The notes under the pieces: generated by a model
The model's database searches: none
Told to the model about the DNA's origin: nothing
What the model saw: only the letters and a program-made list of their open reading frames with translations
Assembly: GCA_003427395.1 (NCBI GenBank)
Contig: BFEA01000046.1
Span: 455,279 to 519,278 of the forward strand
Source of the DNA: Chara braunii
Lineage: Eukaryota > Plantae > Charophyceae
Direction of reading: 5' to 3'
DNA: 64,000 bases
In this document: positions 50,128-63,539 of the stretch, one piece after another
How positions within the stretch are numbered: the first letter of the stretch is position 1
How the letters are laid out: every line of letters begins with the position of its first letter
Translations under genes and position numbers: made by a program

Positions 50128-53100
50128 GTGAGTGTGTGCACCTCTCTAGGTGGATCCCTCGTTGGCATGGGTGATGAGTTGGCCGCTCGTCGCCAAGCCT
50201 GGATTGAGATGAAGAAACGTAAAGGACAGTTAATAATTGCAGATCTCGAAGTGAATAAAGTAAGAGATAGTGGATTGACTCGCAACTATATAAGTAAGAA
50301 AGGGTTGAAGAAGTTGCGTCTCGGGCTAAAGGTTAAACTGTTAGATGAGCCCGTAATGAGTAAACTAGCTAATAGTACTATAACTGTAATGGATAGATAT
50401 GTTGAAGGAGTCAAGATATACTTCCGGCTCGAAGCAGAGGGGAAGGTGGAACGCGTTCTCCACTCTCTGACTCTCTTGGTGGAAGATAATCTCCGTGTTG
50501 ACATTCTTTTAGGCATGGATTGGGGTGAAGCTGCAGATGCGGATATAAAGTTAAGGGACCATGAGTGTTGGCTTCCAAGTCCGCAAGGTGGGAAAAAGAA
50601 AATCCACTTGTTTCATGAATCAGGGAAAGAAAGCAGCTTGGCTCATTGTTGTATGAGTGCCCGCGCGTTCGCCCGCCATGTAAGGAAGTATAATCTATAT
50701 GATCAAGTGTTTGTTGTATATGTGCGCCCAGTTAAAGAGGGTGAAGTTAAGGAAGAGGCTAAACCCCAGAAGTTGAAAGGATTCTGAAAGAATTCGCAGA
50801 TGTGGCAGAGGCCCCATGCGGTGTAGTTGAGAGACCTATTAAACATCGCATTGAGATCATCCCAGGAAGCCAGATTCCTAAAGGGCCTATCTATAGAATG
50901 TCATCGAAAGAGTTGGATGAACTGCGGACCCAGCTTGATGAATTGTTGGAGAAGGGGTGGATAAGACCTAGCTCCTCGCCCTATGTTGCGTCGGTGCTTT
51001 TTGTGCCAAAGAAAGATGGTGGGGTATGCATGTGCATAGATTATAGAAGACTTAATGAAATCACAGTAAAGAATGTTGAGCCATTACCAAGGATTGATGA
51101 TATTTTGGATAGAGTTCAGGGTTGCAAGTACTTCCCCAAGATTGATCTGAGGTCCGTCTTTGAGATAGAGCCAGAAGACCAATATAAGACAGCCTTTCGA
51201 ACAAGATACGGGCGCTATGAGTTTGTTGTGTTGCCCTTTGGTCTTACTAATGCACCTGCAACCTTCCAAAAAACAATGAATGAGCTTTTTCGTGAATGGC
51301 TTGACAAATTTGTTATTTTTTATCTTGATGATATTTTGATTTTTAGTAAGAAGTTGAATGAACATTGCGAGCACCTTCAACTTGTGCTAAATAAATTGCG
51401 TGAGGCAAAATTGAAGTTAAACCCGGAGAAGTGTGATTGGGCTAAGCGTCAAGTTTTGTATTTAGGGCATGTGCTTGACGGGTGATGGAATCAAACCGGA
51501 AGATACGAAAATTGCAGCAATACGTGATTGGCCTAACCCCCGCACTTTGACTGAGTTGCAGTCGTTTCTTGGGCTAGCCAACTATTATCGGAAGTTCGTT
51601 AGACACTTCACGATAACTGTCGCGCCCCTTCGCAGATTGCTTAAGAAAAAAACGATTTGGAAGTGGGATTCAGACTGTACGGCTTCGTTTAAACCCCTAA
51701 AGAAATGTTTGATTAATTACCCGGTTTTGAAGGTTGTTGATCCTTCTTTGCCCTTTGTCGTCACAACCGACGCCAGTCAATACGGGATATGCTCTGTACT
51801 CCAACAAGATTGATGGAAATTGATACAGGCCTATTGAGTTTATGTCCCGACGACTGCCTAATGAGAAGGTTGTCGCTTCTACGTATGAAATAGAGCTGTT
51901 TGCTCTCCAGGAAGCTCTAGATCATTGGTGACACTATCTCTTAGGACGCCACTTCATAATGTACTCGGATCACGAGACACTTCGCTGGCTTAAAACGCAG
52001 GCGCGGATGACACCTAAGTTGACTAGGTGGACCGCCGAGATTGATCAGTATGATTTCGAGCTAAAGCCAGTTAAGGGTAAGTATAGCGTTGTTGCGGATG
52101 CGCTAAGTCAAAGATCTGATTTTTTCGGTGCCATTGTAACATATCTAGATATAGGCACCGATCTGTAGGAGAAAATTAAAAGTGCGTATTCCACAGATCC
52201 TGTCTATGACGCGATGATTAAGAGTATACAAGAAGCGCCTCACGAGTTTCCTAACTATCATATTACACAGGGACTACTGTTTGAAAGAACGGATGTGCGT
52301 GATAGGCTTTGTATTCCAAATGTGGAAGAGATCAAAAGTTTGATCTTGGGGGAGTGTCACGACACCGAATGTCATTTTGGATGGAAAAAGACTTATGCAA
52401 ATCTTTTGCGTTCCTACACTTGACCTCGCATGAAACCCGATTGCATTGCGTATGTGCAAGGTTGTCAAGTGTGCCAACGAAATAAGAGCACCACTCAACC
52501 TCCCCTTGGTCTACTGAAGCCTTTGCCAATCCCAACAGGTCCAAGAGACTCTGTGTCCATTGACTTTATGGACACCAAGGTAAAAAGAAGGAATGGAAAG
52601 ACGCAAGTCATGGTCATAATTGACAGATTTAGTAAATATGTTGTATTCGTAGCTTTGCCAGCGGAAGCAAAGACAAAATTAGTAATCCGGGAATTCTTTA
52701 ACCACCGGGTGAAGGATTATGGACATCCCTTAACGATTGTAAGTGACAAAGATTCACGGTTCACGAGTGAACAATGGTAGCAACTAATGAACGTCTATGG
52801 TTCCAAGTTGATTATGTCATCAGGTAGACACCCTGAGACAAACGGCCAGACTGAGCAAATAAACAAGATTTTACAGCAAACGTTGCGTATGTACATACGT
52901 CCCGACCAGATTGACTGGGACAAATATTTGCCCAAAGTTGCTAGTGCCTATAACAACTATGCTCACCTGTCTATATGCAAGACTCCGATAGAGCTGCATT
53001 TGGGATGGCGACCACGTAGACCTATTGATCGCCTGAATCCGGATCAAGTACATAAGCTTCCACTAGGACCAAACGGGTTTGCGATACAGTATCAGAAAGA

Positions 53101-53629
53101 TATTGAAAAGGTGAAGGAAAATATAGTGAAGGCACAACATCAGATGATAGAACAAGCAAATAAGCACAGAAGACCTTCTCAATTTGTTGTAGGTGATCTG
53201 GTATGGGTTAAATCTAAAGAGTTTGTTCCTGAAGAGAACATCTCTCAGAAGTTACTACCTGCCTACAGAGGACCTTGGCAAGTTCTTTGATGTGATTGGA
53301 GATGTGGATGAACCTTCTTATGTGATCGAGATTGCTCTACATTTGCATACGTATCCAGTATTCCACGCCTCAAAGCTCTTACCTTGCGTGACAAATGAGT
53401 TGTTTCCAAGTCGCAGACAGTGATACCTCCTAGTATGGATGGGAAATATGATGTGGATAGGATTGTTGCTGAAAGCACTTTTCAAACAAGACGTAGAGGC
53501 AGACCCCAGCGACAATATAAAGTCAGATTCGCATATCAGGACCCAAGTGAAGATCGCTGGTTCACAAAAGAAAACTTGAGTCTACACCTCATATTGTATC
53601 TAGTTATGAAAGAGGTAAAAGAGGAATAA
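50128..53629 (+). pseudogene. pol: pol: PR, RT, RH, IN, chromodomain (stops and frameshifts)
   Basis: DSG (PR); PSSSPY, FGLTNAPATFQ, YLDD; TTDASQYG; SIDFM, HPETNGQTE, YRGPW; chromodomain YDVDRIVA...YKVRF..QDPSEDRW. Confidence 0.95.
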
Positions 53630-53685
53630 GTATTATAGATAGATGAAGGTTTTCTCAGAGGACTTCGAAACTAGGCCGGCGAGAA

Positions 53686-54473
53686 TAAAAGGGCCTTTAC
53701 CCGATTCAGACCCTGACTGACGAGTGCAGCTTAGTGGGGTCACTCGCCCAGAGCCCAACTCGTGAAAGCAGATCAAAGGGCATGTTTTCTGGGTCAAAAG
53801 TCACATCCTAGCTAAAGTAAAAGTCAATGTCAAAGGTCACAGTTGTGCCCCTGGACGAACAGTTGCAATATTAATGTGTGGGAGTCACATCTGTTCATCC
53901 AGGGGGTGTGCAGGTCATGTCTGTTCATGCAGTATGTGTGTTTGTTCGAGCAGTAGGTGTGCCTATTCAAAGGAAGTAAAAAAGATAAAGTCCCAGTCAA
54001 GATTTAAGTCAAAAGGAGAGTCTAGATACAGACTGAAAGTTCGAAATTAAGGCCTGCAGGCCGCAGCAGCAGTGACCCCTGGGGATAAGGGTCAGGGACA
54101 CACTCCACAGAGGCTAGAATTGGAAAAGGACCCAAGACAGACTGAATTCAGACCTCGCAAGGGGAGGCCAGCACTATAAAGAACGAGGCAGCCTCCCCAC
54201 AAGGCAGATGCCCCATTGGCATTAATGCGTGGAAGTGTTGAGGCACTTGTGCGCTATACTGCCGGGAGGAGCGCTGGCTGAAAGAGAGTTGCGCCAGAAG
54301 GAAGGGAAGTTGGGCGCTGGCTGTAGGAGAAGCCATAGCTGTGCCAGTCTGTATTAGTAATAGCAATAGGAGGATTAGTAGTGGGATATCAGTGAGTTGC
54401 ATTCAGAGTAGATTCTCGTAGACAGGGAGTGTGCATGCATGGTGAGACAAGGGAACCATGACAAAGATCTTGA
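53686..54473 (+). repeat. 3' LTR, truncated
   Basis: Matches 45813-46600, then similarity stops. Confidence 0.88.
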
Positions 54474-54754
54474 AAAAAATGTCATACATAGGAATGAATG
54501 CTTGTTCTTATGAAAATAGTTTTTTTAATTTTATTTTATTGAATAAAAAGATAGGCTATACTACTTACTGTATAAATAACACTTGCTAATAAGAAAAAAC
54601 TTTTTGATATAGCGAACCTCAGCATGAAGTACTCTATTTCTCAATAGTAAAGTCAATACTCAGAGGTATAAGACAAGAGGCGGTACAAGTGAAATTGTTT
54701 TTAGCATAGAGAAAAATTCACTCAATTCCCTGTGGGACAACGGGCAGTCCAGAG

Positions 54755-54880
54755 AAGTAAGTTCATTGAATTTGACTTCTCTCTCGTTGAGAATTTAAAG
54801 ATTCCTTAACAATCCTTAAGTAAGTTCATTGAATTTGACTTCTCTCTCATTGAGAATTTAAAGATTCCTTAACAATCCTT
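54755..54880. repeat. 63-bp tandem duplication
   Basis: aagtaagttcattgaatttgacttctctctc...aatcctt twice. Confidence 0.9.
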
Positions 54881-54999
54881 GAGTAACTATCTCTCACACA
54901 CAAGCGGATATTCTGCTGCAGAGAAATCAATACAACATTATTTTACCCACACACGGTACTCTGGGTTGGCATGACACAGCAAGAGCCTTTATTGTACGG

Positions 55000-57650
55000 A
55001 CATAGACGACGAATACCGTACTCTTTGCGATGAGAACACCGAGGTTCGGAGTCATAAAGGAGTATAAATGATAAAAATCCTCGTGTGAACGCGCAAGAAG
55101 TAGTGATAAGGCGCCGACTTCCCAGTGACGAACGACACCCGTTTTCCTCGCGACGTACGGTTTCGAGACGCTCAGCACGCAATGACGTGACACTGCAGGT
55201 CCTTTTGAGGGTAAGCCTAGATGAGGACCTGACGGATAGTGAGTATGGGGAGGTCGCTAAGGACGTCATACGATAGCAAAGATTAGGACCGCTAAGAGGG
55301 GTCACGACGGATAAATGGATGATCTATGAGGTGGTGATCGTCTGTGTGAGAGGAGATATACGAGTCGAGATTGTTCAAGACGAAACGCCAGCTAAAGCGC
55401 GAGCTAGGATGTGAGGAGACCTGCGGAGTCAGCAAAAGATGAGGAGCCGAGTATGAGAGACGAGCGAGTGAAGAGAGTGAAGGAGCAGATTATAGTGTTG
55501 GTGTTAAAGCGAGTTAAGAAATTGCGCAGGAATGTACGAGAGTACGGGATCTGCGAGAGCAAGGAAAAGTTATTCAGGAGAGTGTCTTTAGAAAAGACAG
55601 AGAATCTATTACGAGATGGAGGCTTGAGTTTCTAGAGAGCGTTAAAGCGAGGGACCATCGACAAATGGAGTTAGAACAATCGTCATAAACCACAGAGCGG
55701 TCGAAAGAATCGTCCAGAACCATAGAGCACGAGGAAGGAAAAAACACGGAGGAGACGACAGAATGATGATTGAAGACGATGAGTATGTGTCAGTATAGTA
55801 ACGACAAGTACTTCATACACGTGGTGGGGAAGATAGAAGGACTGGTGGTCTACGCGGTGATACAGGTGGATCACCTAGCAAGATTGAGAGTGATCGAGGA
55901 AGCAGAGTGTACGCGGAAAGCGTTGAGGGACGTGCGAGGGACTGCACTCCGGGTAGGAGTCGAAGACGGTCAGTTAATCAGGTACGTACTATGCACGTCA
56001 TTGTTCGACAGAGGGTCCTCGGTTCGATCATGCCATGAAACTCCGAGCAAGGCAGAAAGGGTCTTAAAGAAGCAAGCTAGGGATGCAGGAGAGTTAGCAA
56101 GAGTTATTGTCGAGGGGGCGGTCCTCCGGACATTTGACACGCACACTCGATACCGCTGAGAGATCACAAAGACGCTGGAAGACATAGACGAGTTTGGCGA
56201 TGACGACGACTTTAAGGCATTTTTCCTCATTCTAAAGGCAAAGATGGTAAGGATGCTAGTTGCCCTTGAGTTGTCGGCGGAAGAATGTTAGGTGAGATTA
56301 AAAAAATAGGATCGACAATGGGAAGCGATGAGTAGGAAGATATCGGAAGAGGAATTAGCACGAAGAAGAAGAAAGTTTGGGAGATGGAGCTGACCACGTG
56401 AACACGAGAGCGAGAAAGTTGAGCGGAGTCTGAGTAAGATCAGCAGGAAAGAAATCTTTCCATACGAAGTGGTTAGGTACCAGGTGGCAGACAGTGGATG
56501 GGAAGGGAATCATTTTTTATGTTATGGCAATACGCTATCTTGATTCGGGTATACACCACGTTGGTATATACCTGTCGAAAGAGAAAGCGGAGTTCTGCAC
56601 ATACTCGAGGTGTTGGAGGATAACATCTTGGAAGCTTAGGGACGAGAAGAAGAGATTAGAAAAATTAGGAGAGCTCGTCGAGACGAGTGACGACGTCTCG
56701 ACTTTCGATGTTCTGCCTAGGCCACTGGTCCCAGGAGGGGAACTTGAGCGAAATGGATGGGAGGCGATTGTAGACTTTGCTAGGACGGTCAGGACGGGAG
56801 ATCGTCATAGGAAGATGCTTTGAAACCAGATGGAACTCGGTGTTAGGAGCCGGTAGAGGATGAGTGCGGAGAAGGTGATCTCAGATGAGGAGTTAGAGGC
56901 CAGGAAGGAAAGATTTCTTGTCGGGAATAAGCCCTCAGAAGCAAGGTTTAAGGCGGTTTGTACTTGAGTTCATTAGGAAGGAGGGAGATAATTCCGTACG
57001 AGGTAGAGAAGTACGAATTGGTGGACTATGGATGAGAGGAAATTCGTCTCTACGTGATGAGCGTCAGTTTCATCGATACTGACGTGTGCGATGTACGGAT
57101 TTACTTGCCGATAAAAAGGAGGGTTGATCTTGTTTACGGTCGATGCTGGGAGAGAGCAGAGGAAGTGGTCGAGGAAGAGAAAGATAGATTGCTATCGCTA
57201 GGGAAGAGCGTTGTCTGGGACACCCGGATAACAACCTTCGAAGGACTTCCCACACCGCCGACGCCTTGTCAGGTAATGGAATGGGGAACTGAAAAATTGT
57301 AGTCGACCTTGTTCTGCGATGTCAGGTAAAGAGGAGGTGAGTATCTGCTAGTTGGGAGTAACGCGATTCGAAAAGGATTGGGCGAGCTGGGCAGAAGAGT
57401 GTCGATTGACTTGCGTCGAATTTTGAGGATTTGGGCTCGCGAGGACATACGTGCATTAGGTACTTCGATTTGTAGGAGTATGAGGCGCCCTGAGACAGGG
57501 GTAGTAGAGATAAGAAGAGGCGCTGCACGTGTAGCAGAACAGGAAGGAGAACTCTACCTCGATACTAGTTTTTTGGGGATAGAAGGCGAGCACGAAATCC
57601 GAGAAGAGAGCGGAAGACTTAGAGTTATTGTGAGAGCCGTGAAGGACTAG
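55000..57650 (+). pseudogene. Degenerate accessory ORF upstream of gag with a tandemly duplicated unknown domain
   Basis: 56494 and 57054 ORFs align: YVMAIRYLDSGIHHVGIYL...YSRCW...EKKRLEKLG...STFDVLPRP vs YVMSVSFIDTDVCDVRIYL...YGRCW...EKDRLLSLG...TTFEGLPTP. Confidence 0.6.
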
Positions 57651-57722
57651 GGTTCACGTTAGAAGACCGTTGTGCAAAGTCAACTTAGTAAGTAGGGAGA
57701 TAGAAAACTGCGATCTAAAGTT

Positions 57723-57843
57723 GGTTCGGGTTGCCAGTTCTGACATTAGGTTCGGGCTGTCGGTTATGACATTAGGTCCAGGCTGCCGGTTCCGACATTA
57801 GTTCCGGGCTTTTGGTTCCGACATTAGGTCCGGGCTGCCAGTT
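57723..57843. repeat. ~26-bp tandem repeat (about 5 copies) just before the gag start
   Basis: ggttcgggctgccggttccgacatta units. Confidence 0.85.
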
Positions 57844-57850
57844 AGAGTGC

Positions 57851-60102
57851 ATGGAGTCAAACACGATGGGTCCGCATCCGAGTATGGACCAGCAGACGAG
57901 CGTATACCGAGCGTCACGAGATCATGCTCTACGAGACCTTAAGGAACGCATCCGACAGAATGCTCCGCTGAGATGCGTAGAGCAACCTGACGATGGGGAG
58001 CCCGAAGTGATGGGTGGCCCGATCATCGCCGAACCTGATAGGGCCACGATGGTATGAATGGAGAATATGACAGAGCGTCCTAGTTTCCGACGAGAGATGT
58101 TCACTCGACGCTCGCCTACATACGAGCGAACAGACACCGGAGGAGATAGACGCCGGGATGATTGGAGAGACCAATATGTCCGGGAGTAGGTGTGGAGGGA
58201 TAGAGATGGACCTCCTAAGAGGAGCATGCCACGCCAACGGATCTATGATCCGCAGATAGGCCAGTCGTATATGCTCCCTTACGAGAGGAGGGATCGATAC
58301 ATCATCTCACACCAACCGACGGAGTTAGATACCAGACTGGCCATTTTTAGAGGTTATGGTATCACTGAGTACCTCGAGAAGTGGGAGTTGCATGCATACC
58401 GCAGCCAGTGGTTGGAGGACAGGGTAAATAGACAATTTTTTGTTTAACTCGGACCCGAGTTTGAGCCAGGTAATCAACGAAGCACGACCAAAGGACAAGA
58501 AATGGACTACCTATAAGGCTAGTCTTTACGAGCTCTTCAAGCTAGAGGACATCAGGTACTCGATTAGGGATATGGAGTCAATGCCACAGGGTGAGGATGA
58601 GAGCGTGCGGGCGTTTGGTAAACAATTCAAAAAGATATCAGATGCCTTGATCGCGAAGGGGAAACTGTCAGAAGTCGACCGATGCACGATCTTCATAAGT
58701 CGACTGCCTAGAGGAAAACAAAAAGGGATACTTAGAGAACTCCCTCATGACAAATTAATTTTTACGGCGGTGCTCAAGTTGCCTATGAAAGCCGAAGCGG
58801 ATGATTATAAGGACCTAGTTTGGAGAGGGATTCGACGCCGGGACTTCTCTCTCTATCGAGGATCGACGATATTTGCTAGACGAAGTTCGACCGTAGCGAC
58901 CTAGGGATAGAGAGACGGTGATAGATGAGATGAGAGAAATGAGGGAAATGATGAAGGGGCTAGCCAGGCAAATGACTAATATCGAGACGAAGACGGGAGC
59001 AACGACCTACAGGGACAAGCCAGGCTCCCCATATTCATTGCGATGGAACCGCAGAAACACCGACCCCTGGCGGAGCATGGAGGATAGAAACCCCCGCACA
59101 CTCGCAGACTATCATGTGAGAGAGAGAAACGATGATCCTTGGCACCCCAGGGATGAAGAGATTGATAGGGACCATCGCGGTGACCGTTTTCGTGATGCTG
59201 ACGCCTTTAGCAGAGGGGGGCGGTTAGAGTAGTATCCGCGTAGTCCTAGATATGACCGCACCACGGATGGATACCGAAGTCCTGGCAACTTCGGCCAAAG
59301 AGATCGAGATGATTCTCGTGGCCGAAGGGACTCGGATGGGGATCGTCGAGATGGGTACCGTGGCGGGTATGGGAGAATGGAGCGAGGAGGAAATCGCCGA
59401 GATGATTCTCACGGACACTACGAGCGTAGTGGGCCTGGTTATCCTAAATCACCTGGGTACCCTAAGTCACCTGGTCCTCAAAATCAGGACACCCGAGTTA
59501 CTAGAGGATAGACTGTTGGGGGCGTGGAGGACAGGCCTACTCCTAGAAACTCCTGCATTTATTGTAGGTCTGATGACCATGTAAAGAGAGATTGTCCAGA
59601 CCTCAGGCGTGCTATAGACGAGGGACTTGTTGTACTTGACGAGCATAAGTACGTCAAGTGGGCGGATGACCTGGGCGACGTATCGATGTTCCCTTCGATG
59701 AAGGAGAACGTTGAGGCCAGGCGTGTGCGACCGAGTAAGGGAAAATAAGCGGCGAAGAGTCGGAGTGTGAGAATGACACTATCCTCTGATGAGGAGTCAC
59801 CGACTACGCCTATTCGAGTTGTGGCAACCAAGTCTGCGAGAGGGTCTTCTTTGAGGAAGACAGATACCGACTATGTGATGGCTGAGAAGGATGGTCAGAT
59901 GATCGAAGGGGAATAGGTCATGCTTTCGCCGCGGAAATGCAGAGCAAAGAAGTTCACAATGAGGAGTTCTTTAGATGATATCGACACGGTTGAGACTCTT
60001 AGGCGTGCACTTAGGCAATCTATGCAGTGCTCGGTACTCGAGTACCTGGCCATGTCTAGGCCAGTGCGTGACGAACTCCAGGTGATCACGCTGAAGACCC
60101 GC
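57851..60102 (+). pseudogene. gag: Gypsy gag remnant, interrupted at 60103
   Basis: FRGYGITEYLEKWE, QGEDESVRAFGKQF (gag major homology region), RD/RS-rich region, knuckle CIYCRSDDHVKRDC. Confidence 0.85.
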
Positions 60103-60465
60103 TGTCGGGACAGAAACCCTTGTGAGGGTTTCTGCCCGAGTTTTTCAAGGTCAGATGCTTTCCGACTCTTTTTGTTGGATTGGGAGACTTGACGAGGTTG
60201 ATGTTGCCAAAGTTTATTGAGACCAACCCTACGACCGAGAGACTTAATTTTTTTTTAGAACCTGACGTCGTTGACGTCTGATTAAAATAGCGGGAGTCGG
60301 TGGTACGACCTGTCATCCGCAGTGTCTGACAAGGCCGCGGAGGCACTCGATCATGAGGATGTTGAAGCCAAACTTACCCTATCTAGCAGCCGCGCGATTC
60401 AGGGCCAAAGTAGGTTAAAAAGAGGTGGCTGCGCAGGTGTTGGGCCGCGGCGCGGAAGGAATATG

Positions 60466-60513
<48 letters not shown>

Positions 60514-61500
60514 CCCCGGGTTGCGAGGGTTGACCTCGAGCCAAGGGAGGCCAACAGGCCAATGCCGATGTTTACCCGTTGGGTGACCCTGGAGCTATAG
60601 ATGGGCAACCATCCATGGGAAAGCGGCAAGCAGGCAGACAGGCGAGGCCTGCAGGTCCACACGCAGGCAGGGCCTGCAAGGCCGCAGGCAAGCAGAGTCT
60701 GCAAGGCCATAGGCATGTAGGGCCTGTAAGGCCCCGGCAGGGGGGATGGCTGCTCCTATCACTATCTTGATAGGATCTAGCCCAGTAGGTTACAGTGCCA
60801 GACTCTCACCCAGCAGATACCGGGATCGAACTGCACTCGCCACCGGGCTAGCTCCTTTTGGAGCAGCCCACTCCAAACGCTGCCAGCGCGGTCGGGTCTG
60901 GCCGTGATTCGAACTCGGGCCTGTGTTTCGAAAGTTCGTAGGTGATCCACGAACGTGAAGTGACCGTTGGCAGGACCAACGGGATAAACGGAAAAAAAAA
61001 AATAAAAAAAAATCAAAACTAGACTAAGTGAAATGCCACATGGCGCATAACGAAGTGCCTGGGGCACTTTAGTCCCCAGTGGATGTGACAGCGCCTGTGA
61101 AAACGGGCGACTGTTTTGACAAGCAATGTAAGTTTTTTTTGTTTTCTTCTTTTTTAGATTTTTTTTTGAATTATTCTTTAGATTCGTTCTAGATTTTCCT
61201 TATTTAGATTTCTTTTTAGTTTTTTAAAATGCTTTTATATTTCTTTTTTGTTTCTTATTCCTGATTTTCCTAGAGTACCCGTTCGTTTCGACGAACGGGT
61301 TGGGACAGCTATCTACAGGAAAAAAAAAATAAAAAAAAAATGAACGAATTTACTACTATAACATGGGACTATACACTACTGCACTTATAGGGGTTTGTGT
61401 ATGTGTGTGAGGGAACGAGGGACCTTACCTGGCAGCCATTGGTTCCCCCTCCCCTAAGTCATTGGTAGCTCACCTGCACCCGTTCATTTTGCTGAACGGG
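60103..61500 (+). mobile_element. Probable LTR fragment of another family (start defined; end uncertain)
   Basis: Begins tgtcgg + hairpin + T-run, like the giant LTR start, exactly where the gag-pol frame stops. Confidence 0.45.
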
Positions 61501-61931
61501 CTGCAGATGAGTGCCTGAACCTGGCATGTTTGATGGCCGGATGCGGACGTGAGCTGCAGCAAAAGAAGGGGGGGGGGGAGAAGACCCTCCTAATTCGACT
61601 CTGTGAAATGAACGGGGGAGCATGACTGCTCGTTTTTAGGGGGAAACAAGCTGCTACGCCCAGGGGAAAGAAAGGTTGCCCCTTTAGAAAAGAAAACAAG
61701 GAAAGAGGGGAGGAGAGATGGAAAAAAAAAAAAAAGAAAAAAAAAAACATAAAACGTCACGAATCTAATCGCGACGCAAGGCCAGATGCAGGGGTAGAAG
61801 CATCTGGACTCTGAGTTGACAGCAGACTGTACTCGGAGTTGACAACAGACTGTTGAACTTCAAGAGTCTGCTCTATTTGGCCCTATACAGCCATTTAAGG
61901 CTACCATACATATCACTCTTCGTTTCTAGTG

Positions 61932-62016
61932 TACGGCTAGCGGGACTCGAACCCACAAGGCGCGAAGCGCCGCCACATCCTAAGTGTGGTGCGTAAACCA
62001 ATTTCGCCATAGCCGT
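61932..62016 (-). tRNA. trnL: tRNA-Leu(UAG), organellar/bacterial-type, probably NUMT-derived
   Basis: Minus strand ACGGCTA-TGGCGAAATTGGTTTACGC-A-CCACA-CTTAGGA-TGTGG-long variable arm-GTGGGTTCGAGTCCCGC-TAGCCGT-A. Confidence 0.9.
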
Positions 62017-63539
62017 TTCTTTCTAGAATATGTATACAAGTTAGTTGCCTGAAAGGAGTATAAGCATGTCTACCCCAGTTCGTGGCCTTATGGGTATAGC
62101 AGGATTTTGGCCGGTAGCGGCCAGATGCATTACCAAGGCCTGGAACTTGGTCCCCTAGGGGAACATCAAGTTTCTCAGCCCTTGATTGCGTTTGAGATCA
62201 AGGGTCAAGCCTCACTCCGAATTTTGGCTGGAGGCAAAGCAGCTGCCCTCAGCCTCCAGCCTGTTATAAAACAGCCAGCAGCCAGCCAGCCAACATTCAT
62301 TTGTGGCTAGTGCTGCTAGCATTTCGCTTGGGTGAATGCTGGTTGTTGGAGGAGAAGTTGTTGGTGGAGTGAGGAGTTGGTGGAGGTCTGCACGAGAGAG
62401 GGGAGGACTGCTGGAGGTGGCCATAGCTGTGAAACACAGCCGTAACCGCCATCTCAGCGAGGGGAAGAAAGAGAAGCGTTGGAGGTCTGCAAAGAGCGCG
62501 GGAGTGAGGGTAGCCATAGCTGCCGCTGCACTTGGTGAAACGCAAGGGGGGTGTTGTCCGCTCGGCACGGCAACGACGACACTTTTTGGCAATGGCGCGG
62601 AAGCGTTGCCCATTTTTTGCGGCGACGGCAGCCGAGTGTGGTGAGGTGCAAAGAGGAAGTGCTGCCCATTTTTTGCGGCGGCAGCAGTGCGTTCTAGGTG
62701 GTGGCGCGGAAGCGCTGCCCGTTTTTTGCGGTGGGGAGGTATTGACACAGGGGAAGTGTCGTCGAAGTGGCGGCGTGTTCTTTTTGAGTTAGTGTTGGCG
62801 TTATGCTGTCCGCATAACGAGGCGGCAACACGTTGACGTTGGTGATGGTGTCGCGGTGACGCTAGTGGTGATTGGTGGCAGCATTAACGACAGTGGTGCG
62901 TGAGGCTGCCCGGGTTGCCTTGACTGTGAGGGACATTTGTGGCAGCGTGTTCTGGTATTGACGGCGACGACGTGGTGGTGCGGTTGGTGTAACGGCGACG
63001 CTGAGACGCCGTTAGATTATTAGGAGGTGATTGTGTGCTGAGAGGGTATCGCGGGAGACAATCGTTGTAGAGAGTGGTGTGGAACACTTTGCTGACGGCT
63101 CGTTGTGATAGTTTCTCATCTGAAGACGAGAGTTTATATGGTTTTCTTGAGTGAGCCGTACATCAACTTCACTCGAGGTTAGTTATTAACTCAGACCCCT
63201 TCACACCCGTGTGAACCCGCACTTGCTTGACTCTATTCTTTGAATGTTCGCTGAAAAGGTAGGGGAAATGTGTGTTTGCGCGTGTGAATGGAAGTCTGAC
63301 ATGAGTTTGGGACTGCATTGTTTTCCTTTGAACTTGTTGTTCGATTTGATGTGCAGGTAGGTAGAAGGATGCAAAAAAAAAGGGAACCTGACCATGTCAA
63401 TGAAGACGAGAATAGAAGGATGGTTATCTTCTATTTCTCGTTTGTATGCGTGCCGAAAGGACGGAAAACCAGTGGACGACGAGTAGGAATTCGATCACAC
63501 AAAGAAGGATCACACAAAGAAGGAGAAATCAATTGGACA

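Larger units (their letters stand above)
45813..54473 (+). mobile_element. Chromovirus-type Ty3/Gypsy retrotransposon (degenerate, 3' LTR truncated)
   Basis: LTR pair, Met PBS, gag-PR-RT-RH-IN-chromodomain. Confidence 0.93.
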
